64,000 nt of DNA from Malacoraja senta (taxonomy: Eukaryota), in assembly GCA_038087875.1 (NCBI GenBank), contig CM075978.1:42594001-42658000 (forward strand), given 5' to 3'. Position 1 is the stretch's first letter. The number at the start of each line of letters is the position of its first letter. The position numbers were made by a program, and so were the translations under genes. Shown piece after piece: positions 25,401-35,994 of the stretch. A model generated the notes under the pieces. The model was not told the DNA's origin. It saw nothing but the letters and a program-made list of their open reading frames with translations, and ran no database searches.

Positions 25401-28400
25401 AAGAATAGAATAGAATCTTTCTTGAAAAAGGAGACCAAAACCATGCATTATATTGTTTTAGACACAAAATGCTGGAGTAACTGGCAGCATTTTTGGAGAG
25501 AAGGAATGGGTGACGTTTCGGGTAGAGACCCTTCAGACTTCGACGCAAAACGCCACCCATTCCTTCTCTCCCAGAGATGCTGTCTGTCCCGCTGAGTTAC
25601 TCCAGCATTTTGTGTCTATCTTCGGTGTAAATCAGCATCTGCAGTTCCTTCCTACACATTATATTGTTTTAGTTACTTATACTAGAGCATCAACACCCAG
25701 TGTTTCAAAACCATCAAAACAAATTTAAATATTTAAATATTTAAATATTATTCCTTATTACTCGCCAGCACAATTTTGCCTAGAAATTAGATTAAAAATT
25801 AGATGCAATGGATATTCATGCATAAATTGCAAAAAAATATGTTTTGCATATTTTGAAGTGTGTACATTGAACTCCAGTCCCTCAGAAAATTATATAATGT
25901 GTTTCTTGTCCCAATTCGCTTTAATGTAGCTATCATTTCCCTCAAAGAGTTTTGCTTATGTAATGACACTGTCACAAGTGTGTTGCTGACTTAGAAAAAG
26001 AGATCGGTACAAAAGGCAATGTTTGCACTCTTGCAAGGTAAAGCAAGTTAACAACTATATCAGACAGAAAGGTGGGAACCATGTGTGAATTAAAGAGTGC
26101 CTGCTGTGATATATTGTTATTTTCAGTAACTACCACCCCCCCCCACAACTGAGTTTAATGAGCTGTTTTCTGCAGACAGGAAACACTGAAATCTGCACAT
26201 TCGCAAACAGGAAGTTGTTTTCAATTCTTAACAATTGTAGTAAAGTGGCCCAATTGTACAGGTGGGGAGAGGAGGGGGAGGGGGAGGGGGAGGGGGAGGG
26301 GGAGGGGAGGGGGAGGCGGGGAGAGGGGGAGGGGGAGAAGGGGGAGGGTTGTTGCCATTAAACTGCACTGTTTTAACACATGCTCCTAACTTTATCTCCT
26401 CACTCCACTTTCTGTATCTCCTCCCACCCCTTCATTCCACCTTATGACCAGTGAATACATAGTTTGACTTCTATCTCTTTTAGACAATTGCTTAAAACAT
26501 GCACATGAATTTTGTGCTTTGCTGGTGATACCCCTTTTAATGCTGGGACAAAATATAGCATTTTCAAGCAATTTATGTGTAAATAAAAGCAGCAATCATC
26601 TGCCACCGTCTCTTTCTATTCTGATTTTCTAATTTTATGCTTCTTAACACTTGCATCCCTTTATGTATATTTAACAGGTAGACCAGATAAGTATTTCCTG
26701 CATCTAACCCATTAGATATTATTTATCTATTATTGTTATTTGGAACATATATCGAACTGAATAATTTCACATAGTTCTCAACTGAATAGTATGTGCAGAA
26801 AAAACGAACTATAGACAACACGGATGATAAAAAGAGCTTTTATCATTTCAAAAAAAACATTTGCAGGATGTAACCACAATCTTTCAAACACAACCCAAAA
26901 TGAGATGTGCAGCTACCGCAGATAGTCACTTTGCTTTTTGTCTTTACTAGCTGTGGTTATTTCAGGAAAAGCCTCACCTTATGAAATAACAGATCTTCAG
27001 GCAGGCTGCAGCACAGTTTTGCTCTAAAGCATTCTGATATGTAGGTCATCATTAAGGAAAACAGTTCTAATTTGAAGTTTCCTTATTAATATCCTTACTG
27101 ATATTCAGCGACATCATTATTGAGGTCCCTATGAATGACATTTTCTGGAAGTCAACTGTTGAAGATAATGTCGGTCATTTGTCTTTTAATATACCTTGAA
27201 TACACAACAATTATGTTTCTCTAAAATGTAATTTCAGAGCTCTAAGAGGAACAAAATTGAGGCAATTATTTGCTACTTTAAAATATATTTACAAGTATAA
27301 TCAGTCTGGTAGAAGGCAGTGCGGTTGTATGCTGGTTATGATGTACCATGACAAACAATGATTGTGGCACTTAATCACTTCTTCAGTTGGCCAGCTTTAA
27401 TCTGCATCTTTATTTGGCAATAGGGTTGATGTCTTTTTACCCTGCCTTGTTGGGGAGGAAGTTGAGCAACAGTATTTTGGGCACGACTCTGCTAGTTCTG
27501 CAGTCCAGTCCCCACAACACCACAAGTATCTGGGATGGATATGTAATACCTCTCACAATATTTCTCTGCACCCTTGAGTCAAGTGTTGTAGCCTAGATAG
27601 AAACATAGAAACATAGAAAATAGGTGCAGGAGGAGGCCATTCGGCCCTTCGAGCCAGCACCGCCATTCATTGTGATCATGGCTGATCGTTCCCTATCAAT
27701 AACCCGTGCCTGCCTTCTCCCCATATCCCTTGACTCCACTAGCCCCTAGAGCTCTATCTAACTGTCTCTTAAATCCATCCAGTGATTTGGCCTCCACTGC
27801 CCTCTGTGGCAGGGAATTCCATAAATTCACAACTCTCTGGGTGAAAAAGTTTTTTTCTCACCTCAGTCTTAAATGACCTCCCCTTTATTCTAAGACTGTG
27901 GTCCCTGGTTCTGGACTTGCCCAACATTGGGAACATTGGGAACAGATGGCATAGTGAGGAGGCCTTGCTTCTCGAACCCTGAGATTCCTTGATGTTACAC
28001 AAAGCTGGGAGTGGTGCTATGGTAGTTATTAAAGCTATTATGGGGTTTTTCTCTCTGAAATTCAGACATTTGAAAACTAGAAATATAAAAAATATACAAG
28101 TTAATTTCTGAAAATAATTAATTAAAACACAAAATCATTTGGGAATAATTAAAAAATACTTAACTTGATTTTTAAAAGTGCCTTCCACTTTGCCTCCTAA
28201 TCTATATGGATGAGGGTCTCAGGAATAGAGGAGTTAAAACAAATATGGAAATGGGCAAACCGAGAATCCAATATAACTGTGATGTAGCAAACAATCTGGT
28301 TCAGACTCAGACATTTACCTGGAAGAGTTAGGAGTTTGTGGAAGGGACCAAACATAATGGCATCCCTATGATGAATTATATGATCTTTCGGAACTGGAAT

Positions 28401-31400
28401 TCAAATGAGCAGTCTGACAATTTGAAAGGAAAAGCCACAGAAGTGTAGTGAGGTAGGGTGCATACTGCAAATCATTTTCTGCCAGGATGATACCAAGATA
28501 TCACCGCAAATGACATCCTCTTTCATTGTGCACTCAAATTGTTGATTTTGTCTTCTGCTCTGAAGTCTTTCCAGTGCTAGCATTGGCAAATGTTACTATT
28601 TATAAACAAGTCTTTAAAACCTAAGCAAGCAGCCTACTGTAGATATAATGTTCTCATTCAAACATATATTTTTAGTATTTTCTGATCATTATGTTGGATT
28701 ATTACGGATAAGAATATTGTCCCACTGGAGCTCACAGGGACTAACAAGACAAAGGTAAGGATTCCATTGATTTCTGACAAACAAATATATAATGATTCAA
28801 TTAATGGTGCCCTTGAGATAGAGCAGAGAAACATCTGGTGTTTGGATTTTTGGTGGTATGATTGTAATCCATTGCTTTGAGATGGAACATGCTCAAATTT
28901 AGACATTGGTGACATCAACAAGCCTGCTGTTGTTCACTGCACTGTGCAAGCTCACATTTAAGTTAAGCAATTACCATATGAAAGTTTGCAGGTAACTATC
29001 ACTGACTGTCAAATTATAAGCTATGGTTATTGGGGGTTGGGAATGCCAATGTAGTGGTGAAAAAATGACGGATCAAACGTTGTCTTTAGTAGTGTGTGAA
29101 AGACATGATATAAACAAGTGCAAATTTATGCTGATCCAATGGTGTGACTAAAGGACGTTAACTTCCAATCCCTAGGGTCAATGCAGTAAAAGATTTTATA
29201 ACATTTGTCTGAAGAAGGGTCTCGACTGAAACGTCGCCTATTCCTTCTCTCCATAGATGCTGCCTCACCCGCTGAGTTTCTCCAGCATTTTTTGTCTACC
29301 TTCGATTTTTCCAGCACCTGCTGTTCTTTCTTAAACATTATAACATTTGTCTTCTCAGACAGGTGAAAATGTCTGCACTGGGTCTATATCCTTTCTAATT
29401 TGGTTTGAGTGCAACAGGGGGAATAAAAATCTTTGTTCTAACATGGTAAATGTCATGTGACGCAATATCATGCAGTGCCACTCAAACTTCACTGTGAATA
29501 GGTGCATTGGTGTGCCCTTTTCAAGTATCTGGGAAGCTTTTTTATCTCTCTACAAGCCTGCTGTTCATTCTCCAGCATGACAGACTAATTATCATAATAG
29601 TGAATGTGTTTTCTGAAGTAGCTTCTGTTGCCTGGGTTATTTTAAACATGGTCTCACTGATTAGAGTCTAATTTTAAACTGTTCCAACTCAATAGAGTAC
29701 TACGGGGACAGTAAATTAATGCTTGCTTCCTCTTCAGTGTTGGAAATATGAACAGAAATGAAAGATACTTATAATGCATGTGCCCTTAGTAAAGGTAGGT
29801 TATATATTTTTTTTCTTATTCAGTAGTTCCAGACAATATTGTAACTATACAGTTCTAATTATAGGAATATTATAACATTGCCTCTGTGAGATTTCTAAAG
29901 AATTGTCACACCCAACTTTAGCTGAAAGTATAAATTTTGAATGGGGTGTTTGTATGGCTCTAAACTTGAAACTAGGTGATAATAGTTTGTGTTATACTAA
30001 AATCTATTATTTCCATTGAATCATGTCAGATCTCATCATGACCACAATTACGGCAGGAACATCAAAAATTACAGGAGGATCATAATCAGATGGACAAGTA
30101 GGCTGAGGAAAGGCTAATAGATTTTAATGCAGATAGGTGTGAGGTGTTGCACTTTGGGAAGACAAACCAGGGTAGGACCTTCACAGTGAATGATAGGGCC
30201 CTGGGGAGTGTTGTAGAGCTGAGGGATCTAGACGTACAGCTACACAATTCTCCGAAAATGGCGCCACAGGTAGATAGGGTGGTAAATAAAGGTATTGGTA
30301 CATTGACTTTCATCAGTCAGGGTATCGAGCATATAACACAGAACAGCGCAGCACCGGAACGGGCCCTCCAGCGCTCAATGTTTTTACGGAACATGATGCC
30401 TAACTGAACTGATCTCCTCTGCCTGTACATGATTCATATCCCTCTATTCCCTGCACTTCCATGTGCCTATCCAAAAGCCTCTTAAACAGCACTATGATAT
30501 CTGCCTCCCCACCACCCCTCGCAATGCGCTCCAGTCCCCCACAACTCTCTGTGTAAAAAACTTGCCCCGTGCATCTCCATTAAACTCCCCCCCTCTCACC
30601 TTGTAGCTATGCCCTCTTGTGTTGGACATTTCCACCCTGGGAAAAGGTTCTGACTGTCTACCCTATCAATACCTTTCATTGTTTTATATGCTTCTATCGT
30701 CTCCCCTCAACCTCTGATGTTTCAGAGAAAACAACCCAAGTCTACCCAACCTCCCCCTGCAGCAGAAACTCTTTAATCTAGGCAGCATTTGGGTAAACCT
30801 CCTATGCACCCTCTCCAAAGTTATTACATCTCTCCTGTAATGGGGTGACCAGAACTGCATGCAATATTCCAAATGGGGCCTAAACAAAGTTCTCTAGAGC
30901 TGCATCATGACTTCCAACCTATTGTACACAATGTCCCTCGTAATAAAGGCAAGCATACCATATGCCTTCATTACCACCCAATCTACTTGTCTTGCCATCT
31001 TTAGAGAGCTATGAACCAGAAGTCCAAGATCCCTCTGCACATCAATGCTGGTAAGAATCTTGCCATTAACTATCTACTCTCTCCTTACATTCAACCTCCC
31101 AAAGTACAACACCTTGCGCTAGCTCGGGTTAAAATCCATCTGCCATTTTCCCATCCATTTCTGCAGCTGATCTATATCCTGCTATATCTTCTGACAGCCT
31201 TCCTCACTGTAGGCGACTCCTCCAATTGTGGTGTCGTCAGCAAACTTACTCACCAACCCATCTACATGTACGTCAAGCTCATTTATATATATCGCAAATA
31301 GCAGAGGACCTAACATAGATCCCTGTGGACTGCACTGGTCACAAATCTCCAGCAAAATATCTACTTTCCACCACAATCCTCTGTCTTCAATGGATAAGCC

Positions 31401-34400
31401 GATCTTGAATGTTATGTTATATTTGTACAAGATGTCGGTTAGGCCGCATTTGGAGGATTGTGTTCAGTTTTGGTCACCCTGCCATAGGAAGGATATCATT
31501 AAGTTGTAAAGAGACCAAAGAAGATTTATGAAGATGTTGCCAGTATTCGAGGGCCTGAGCTACAGGGAGAGATTGGGCAAACTAGAACTTTATTCCTTGG
31601 AGTGCACGTGGTTAAGGGATGATCTTATAGGGGGTATATCAAATCATGAAGGCAATTGATAGGATGAATGCATAGAGTCTTTAATCCATGGTAGGGGAAC
31701 CAAAAACCAGAGGACAACGTTTTAACACGAGAGGGGAAAGATTTAATAGGAACCCGAAGAGCATTTTTTTCACTCAGAGGGTGGTAGATATATATGGAAT
31801 GAGCTGCCATAGGGGATAGTTGAGGCGGTTACAATCGTTAAAAGATACTTGGACAGATACATGGATAGAAAAGTTTTAAAGGATGTGGACCAAATGCCAG
31901 CAAATGGCACAAGCTTAGATGGGGCGTTTTGGTTGGCATGAACGAAAAGGGCTGAAGGGCCTATTTCCATGATGCATGACTCTATAACTAAAATCAGGTT
32001 CAGTTTTTGTTTTTGTTAGTTGAGTGAGGGTCAGTATTCTCCCTAACACTCTGATGCAATTGAAAGTTCAGCAGTTATACTGGATCGGTTTACTTATATG
32101 TTTTGATCCCCATTATGTGTAATAACAAACTGGTGAAAACTACTTAAGAGTAAATTTTTGAATGACATTTACACTTTACACTAGTCCCTCCTGACAATTC
32201 ACCTATATGTTGTGGTATATTTATTGCAGCAAGTGCTGCTGAAATCATCAAGGGAACTCAGCTGCAGGAAGTGAAATATATACTTCAAATTTTAGTATTT
32301 GTTGTATCTGTAATCCCAGATCCCTTGGTCTCTGCTCCACTGAGGATTTTTCCAAGGTTTATGTGACCTCTTGGTATTGTTAGTATGAATATATTGGAGG
32401 GAGATACTGTCTGACTAATTTAAATTTTTTTTGCGATAATTAAATATATTGAATATGAAGTACAGTTGAATGTGTTCCACATCGACTTCAGTTAGGCCTT
32501 TGACAAAATGCTTCATGGAAGTCTGGTCCAAAAGGTTTGAGACCAAGTTGATAAATTGGTTCCAAAATTGGTTTGGTAATCGGAGATAAAGGATGATGTT
32601 GTAGAGTTGCTTTTGTGATTGGAAGCCTACGACCAACAGTATACCGTAAAGAATCAGTGTTGCTGTTTGTTACATACATTAACAGATGTCAAAGCTAGAC
32701 ACAAAATGCTGGAATAACTCAGCGGGTCAGACTGCATCTCTGGAGAAAATGAACAGGTGACATTTTGGATCAGAACCCTCTTCAGACTGAAAGATAGGGA
32801 AGGCCAGAACAAAACAGGGCCGGTTACAGATGACCTCAGGAAGGGTGGAATCTATTATGGCCCATTGTTGGCTGGGGAAAATGTGCTAATGACAGGGATA
32901 CAAGAATGCGAACAGTGGAATTAGTAGGATGACTAGAGTTGGGGAGGGGGTAGAGAGAAGGGGGGGGGGGGGGGGAAATGCAGGGGTTACTTGAAATGAG
33001 AGAAATCAACATTCATACCACTGAGTTGTAAGCTGACCAATCAAATATGAAGTGCAGTCCCTCCAATTCATGTGTGGCCTCACACTGACAGTCGAGGAGA
33101 CCCAGGACAGAAAGGTCAGTATGGAAGGCAGTCAGGAATGGGAAGGGGAGTTAAAATGTTTGGCACCTGGGAGATCGTGTGGGCCTAGGCGGACTGAGCG
33201 TAAGTGTTCAGCGAAAAGAGAACATTGTATAGGCCAATTGCAGATGAAATTGATAGATGTTTTTTGGGGGGATTGCATTAGAGCAGAATATGAATGATAG
33301 GGCCTGAGGGACTGTTGAGAAAGGGACTGTGGTGTACAAATCCAAAGAATCCCAAAGGTGATAGCGCTATTCGATAAGGTAGAGAAGGCAGCATACTTTA
33401 ACAACGTGGAACTCGCGGTCCTTGGTTAGCGACCGACTTTGGGAGCTCCAACTGCAGGAGGTTCGACCGCCCGATCGCGGGAGCTTCGATCGCCCCGACG
33501 TGGGAGCTTCGATTGCCGGCTGCGGGAGCTTCGATCGGCCTGACTGCGGATGGTTCGACTCCCCTGACCGCAGGAGAAAAGGAGGAAAGAAGATAAGACC
33601 TTATAGTCTTCCATCACAGTGGGGAATGTGGAGGAGCTGCTGTGATGGATGTTTATGTCAAATTTGTGTTGTGTGTCTTGCTGCTTTTTTGGTATGACTG
33701 TATGGCAAACCAAATTCCTCGTATGTTGCAAAACATACTTGGCTAATATATTACGATTATGATTATGATTATGATTACAGGGTATTTGCCTTCATTAGCC
33801 AGGGAATATAATACCTGTCATGGTACAACTTTATAAAACATTGGTTTGGCCAAGTTGGAATATTATGTGCAGTTTGGATTACCACAGTGGTAAGAACGGA
33901 ATTGCACGAGAGGAGATTTCATTTATGAGGAGAGACTGGATAGACTGAGTTTGGTTATCTTGGGCCACAGGAGGCTGAGAGGAGAGCTGATAGAACTATA
34001 CAACATTATGAAAGGCACTGATAGATTAGGTAGTAAGAAACATTTCCTCCCAGATGTCCAAGACCAAAGGACATAGAATCTTTTCCCACATAGGGTGGTT
34101 GTAATTTGGAACGCACTGGCTGAGGTGGTGGTAGAAAGCAAGTGCTCTCATGGCATTTAAGCATAAGGATAACCAGTCGAATTACCAAAACATACGGACC
34201 TAGTTAATAGGATTAGTACAGACAGGTGCTTGATGGTCTGCATACACAAGGTGGGCCGACGGGTTTATTTCTGCGGTGCTCTATGACTCTATGTTGTGAG
34301 ATGGTATATTTTGGGAGTGCACATCAGGAGGCTACATCTTGGAGAGATCTGCAATGGAGTAGAGACCCAAGAGATCAGAAAGTGCATATACACAAAGCAC

Positions 34401-35548
34401 GAAATGAACCCCAAAAGTATTGGAGTTATAGAACAGAAGAATGAAGTAATGTTAAACTTTTATGAAATTTCAATTGAAACACATCTGGAGAACTGCACAG
34501 TTTTTTTCATATCACAAAAAGGATACTAAGACACTGAAATTGAGTGTAACAAATATTTACTGGAATGATACACCAATTGATAGGTAAAACTAGGTTGAAC
34601 AGAAATGATTGACAAATGATCTATTAAGAGGTTTTTGAGGTTTTCGTAGGTTAGATATAGATAAGTAGATTTGTAGGGATTTTAATATCGGAGCTATTAA
34701 TAAAAGTTTCACTACTAATAATTCCAACAGGGTATTCAGAAGAAACGTCTTTACACAGAAACCAGTCATAATACGGAACTCATTGCCTCAAGTAATTTTT
34801 TTAGACCAATAGTACTGTTGTATTTACAGGAAATGCTATATAAGTACATGAGGGTAAACAGAAAGGAAAACTATTAAGTTGCAGTGAATTTAAATTAACA
34901 TGAAAGGTACAGCAACATTTTTTTTCCCTTTTGCATTAGAATCGAGATATCTGATTTGGTAGTGATAGAACAGCAACAATTAGATTCTATTACTTTGTAA
35001 GTGATCAGATTCTAAATTATATTTAACCTGAATCATATCACACTTGGGGATAACTCACGATTTTTGAAAATGTGTCATGGGATAATTTTAGATCTAGTCA
35101 AGAGGTCTTCAATTTAACATTTCATCCACGAGACACCACTTTGAACAGTCTGGGACATCCACTGCACTACCCTACAGGATCAATCTAGACCATTGATTGA
35201 CCTTTCAAACTTCTGACTTAGAAAGAACTACTGCACTATCAGCTGAATCTGGCTGACATTAAAGGGTGTAGATGGGGGGAATATACTTTTAACTTTTTAC
35301 TTCACAAATTAAAGAGCATTTTGACAAATCATTAAACTAAACTCCACTTCCTTTTCCAACCTGTTTATGATCCAGACATACTGTTACGCTCTAGTGGTAA
35401 TACCTGCTTTGCAGTTCAAGGATTATTGCACCAAAAGGATATAGTATGATGAGCTTCTGCAGCAGCTCCGTTGATGATACATTGAAGCGGTGCATTGACA
35501 GAGTTACCTGCAAGAGGTGGCTGCTTTGACATAGGTTCCCATCTGCAT
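1296..35548 (-). CDS. RASGRP1: RAS guanyl-releasing protein 1, partial multi-exon gene (10 exons, equivalent to human exons 3-12)
   Basis: Ten minus-strand exons with consistent phases splice into one open frame that closely matches vertebrate RasGRP1 (DADGNLC...YWITEFW...[14 protein letters not shown]...[10 protein letters not shown]...[11 protein letters not shown]...[21 protein letters not shown]...[22 protein letters not shown]). Exon sizes are 106/63/132/154/174/117/276/81/105/110. Confidence 0.96.
1921..2130 (-). mobile_element. V-SINE/HE1-like SINE
   Basis: Reverse complement has the ttctccctgtgaccgcgtgggttttctc...aaagac core and a CR1-type 3' tail (gaagggcctgtttcc...ctctaaactaaa). 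Confidence 0.75.
2888..2992 (-). CDS. RASGRP1: RASGRP1 exon 11 (autoinhibitory linker)
   Basis: atttag|; encodes [35 protein letters not shown]; donor gtgagt; 105 nt, phase 0-0. Confidence 0.95.
3106..4655 (-). mobile_element. L2-clade LINE, 5'-truncated RT pseudogene with (TTA)n tail
   Basis: ORFs 3922-4617 and 3291-4022: [44 protein letters not shown]; frameshifted. Confidence 0.9.
6806..6886 (-). CDS. RASGRP1: RASGRP1 exon 10
   Basis: tttcag|; encodes [27 protein letters not shown]; donor gtaaga. Confidence 0.96.
10560..11160 (-). mobile_element. CR1 LINE fragment
   Basis: [14 protein letters not shown]...[14 protein letters not shown]. Confidence 0.8.
11482..11757 (-). CDS. RASGRP1: RASGRP1 exon 9
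   Basis: atgtag|; encodes [20 protein letters not shown]...[11 protein letters not shown]...[14 protein letters not shown]; donor gtaagt. Confidence 0.96.
12540..13675 (+). mobile_element. L1-clade LINE ORF2 internal fragment
   Basis: YLGIYVTK...[23 protein letters not shown]...KGGLVLPNF...LIQFKVL; in-frame stop; AT-rich. Confidence 0.85.
14983..15099 (-). CDS. RASGRP1: RASGRP1 exon 8
   Basis: cctcag|; encodes [39 protein letters not shown]; donor gttggt. Confidence 0.96.
16380..17200 (-). mobile_element. old CR1 fragment with a foreign insert at 17040-17133
   Basis: Decayed SQHG/DKGEP/LDF and HLEYC motifs on the minus strand. Confidence 0.65.
17319..17492 (-). CDS. RASGRP1: RASGRP1 exon 7 (CDC25 domain)
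   Basis: cccag|; encodes [58 protein letters not shown]; donor gtatgg. Confidence 0.96.
17820..17980 (+). mobile_element. V-SINE/HE1-like SINE 3' half
   Basis: ccaaagacgtacagg...ggttaattggcttctgtaaattgtcc...cctgtttccatgctgtatctctaaactaa. Confidence 0.75.
18230..19560 (+). mobile_element. old CR1 with a nested CR1 3' fragment (about 19140-19410)
   Basis: Decayed RT motifs; the outer element resumes after the inner element's 3' tail. Confidence 0.65.
20443..20596 (-). CDS. RASGRP1: RASGRP1 exon 6
   Basis: ggacag|; encodes [51 protein letters not shown]; donor gtaagt. Confidence 0.96.
21713..21844 (-). CDS. RASGRP1: RASGRP1 exon 5
   Basis: ttacag|G TAT TGG; encodes [44 protein letters not shown]; donor gtaaga. 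Confidence 0.95.
22405..22695 (+). mobile_element. short non-LTR (SINE-like) element with 3' stem-loop and microsatellite tail
   Basis: CpG-rich head, hairpin ccatcacagtgag...ctcactgtggtgg, stem-loop ttcagacc-gaaa-ggtctgaa, AATAAA, (aatctctct)n; related to 33398-33778. Confidence 0.6.
24398..25400 (-). mobile_element. non-autonomous Helitron-like element with an internal G-rich minisatellite
   Basis: Minus strand starts TCTATACATAACTAAAA and ends accc-aac-gggt hairpin...TCTAG|T; no TSD or TIR; a related 5' end lies at 57812. Confidence 0.7.
24418..24700 (+). repeat. G-rich (GGGGGTTGT)-like minisatellite, G-quadruplex potential
   Basis: Repeated G5-G9 runs separated by ttgt. Confidence 0.9.
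25462..25656. mobile_element. palindromic Penelope-derived short insert
   Basis: Inverted arms; 16-bp TSD cattatattgttttag at 25446-25461 and 25657-25672. Confidence 0.8.
26262..26349 (+). repeat. (GGGGGA)n purine tract
   Basis: Direct reading of the sequence. Confidence 0.9.
26978..27040 (-). CDS. RASGRP1: RASGRP1 exon 4
   Basis: AC acceptor after TTTCCTTAAT branch site; encodes [21 protein letters not shown]; donor AG|gtgagg. Confidence 0.93.
27596..27943 (-). mobile_element. CR1 3' end with (ATAGAAAC)n tail
   Basis: [28 protein letters not shown] plus conserved 3'UTR. Confidence 0.9.
29207..29337 (+). mobile_element. Penelope-derived short insert with hammerhead-like core
   Basis: CTGAAGA-AGGGTCTCGACT-GAAAC-GTC at 29209-29235; 15-bp TSD ttataacatttgtct at 29196-29210 and 29338-29352. 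Confidence 0.8.
30085..31990 (+). mobile_element. CR1 (plus strand) interrupted by an antisense CR1 (about 30329-31403)
   Basis: Outer frame ...FISQGIE | [24 protein letters not shown] resumes after the insert; the inner element has [28 protein letters not shown] on the minus strand. Confidence 0.85.
32695..33216 (-). mobile_element. Penelope-like element 3' part (GIY-YIG endonuclease C-terminus and terminal repeat)
   Basis: [27 protein letters not shown]; the terminal region matches the short hammerhead-bearing inserts. Confidence 0.75.
33398..33778 (+). mobile_element. SINE-like element with internal tandem repeats and (GATTAT)n tail, nested in a CR1
   Basis: Four to five copies of a gggagcttcgatcgcc-like unit, ccatcacagtg...ctgtgatgg hairpin; the CR1 continues on both sides. 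Confidence 0.65.
35443..35548 (-). CDS. RASGRP1: RASGRP1 exon 3 (REM domain)
   Basis: ccaacag|AT GCA GAT GGG...; encodes [36 protein letters not shown]; followed by U12 donor ATATCCTTTT. Confidence 0.95.
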
Positions 35549-35994
35549 CTGTTGGGAGAGAAAAGATTATTATGATTTGGTACACAGGCTCACTGATGTC
35601 TTCCTCGTAATTTATGCAAATATGACTATTCGCCTTCAGTATGAAAACTTTGGTTTTAGTTCAATGATTTTGCGAGTAGGCCCTTTCATTAAATCTGTGA
35701 GTTTTAAGATTAAAGACAATGTAAAATGGCATGCTATTCATGGAAGTACTTGACTATACTGCAAAGTCAGGCACTGAAGTGGGTCAACACTATTAGCTCC
35801 AAACAGACAAAATTGACCGTGCTATTGTATGGACTGATCTCACATCTAAAAATGAACAACATGTTACAAAATTAGAAAGTACCTTGTTCTATTCTCACTC
35901 TTTTTTTTATCTGCTGAAAGCAGTATTTTATAAAACAAATTCAGGATTGACCAAAAAAGTAAAATTAATTCTCTTCCAAATCGCACACCATCCT

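Larger units (their letters stand above)
27041..35442 (-). other. U12-type (minor spliceosome) AT-AC intron, 8402 bp
   Basis: 5' ATATCCTTTT (35442-35433), branch site TTTCCTTAAT (27060-27051), terminal AC (27042-27041); splicing at these sites keeps the reading frame. Confidence 0.93.

Noticed and set aside
33440-33570. Regularly spaced repeats resembling a CRISPR array
   Set aside because: Eukaryotic context; degenerate tandem units inside a SINE-like element; no unique spacers or cas genes.
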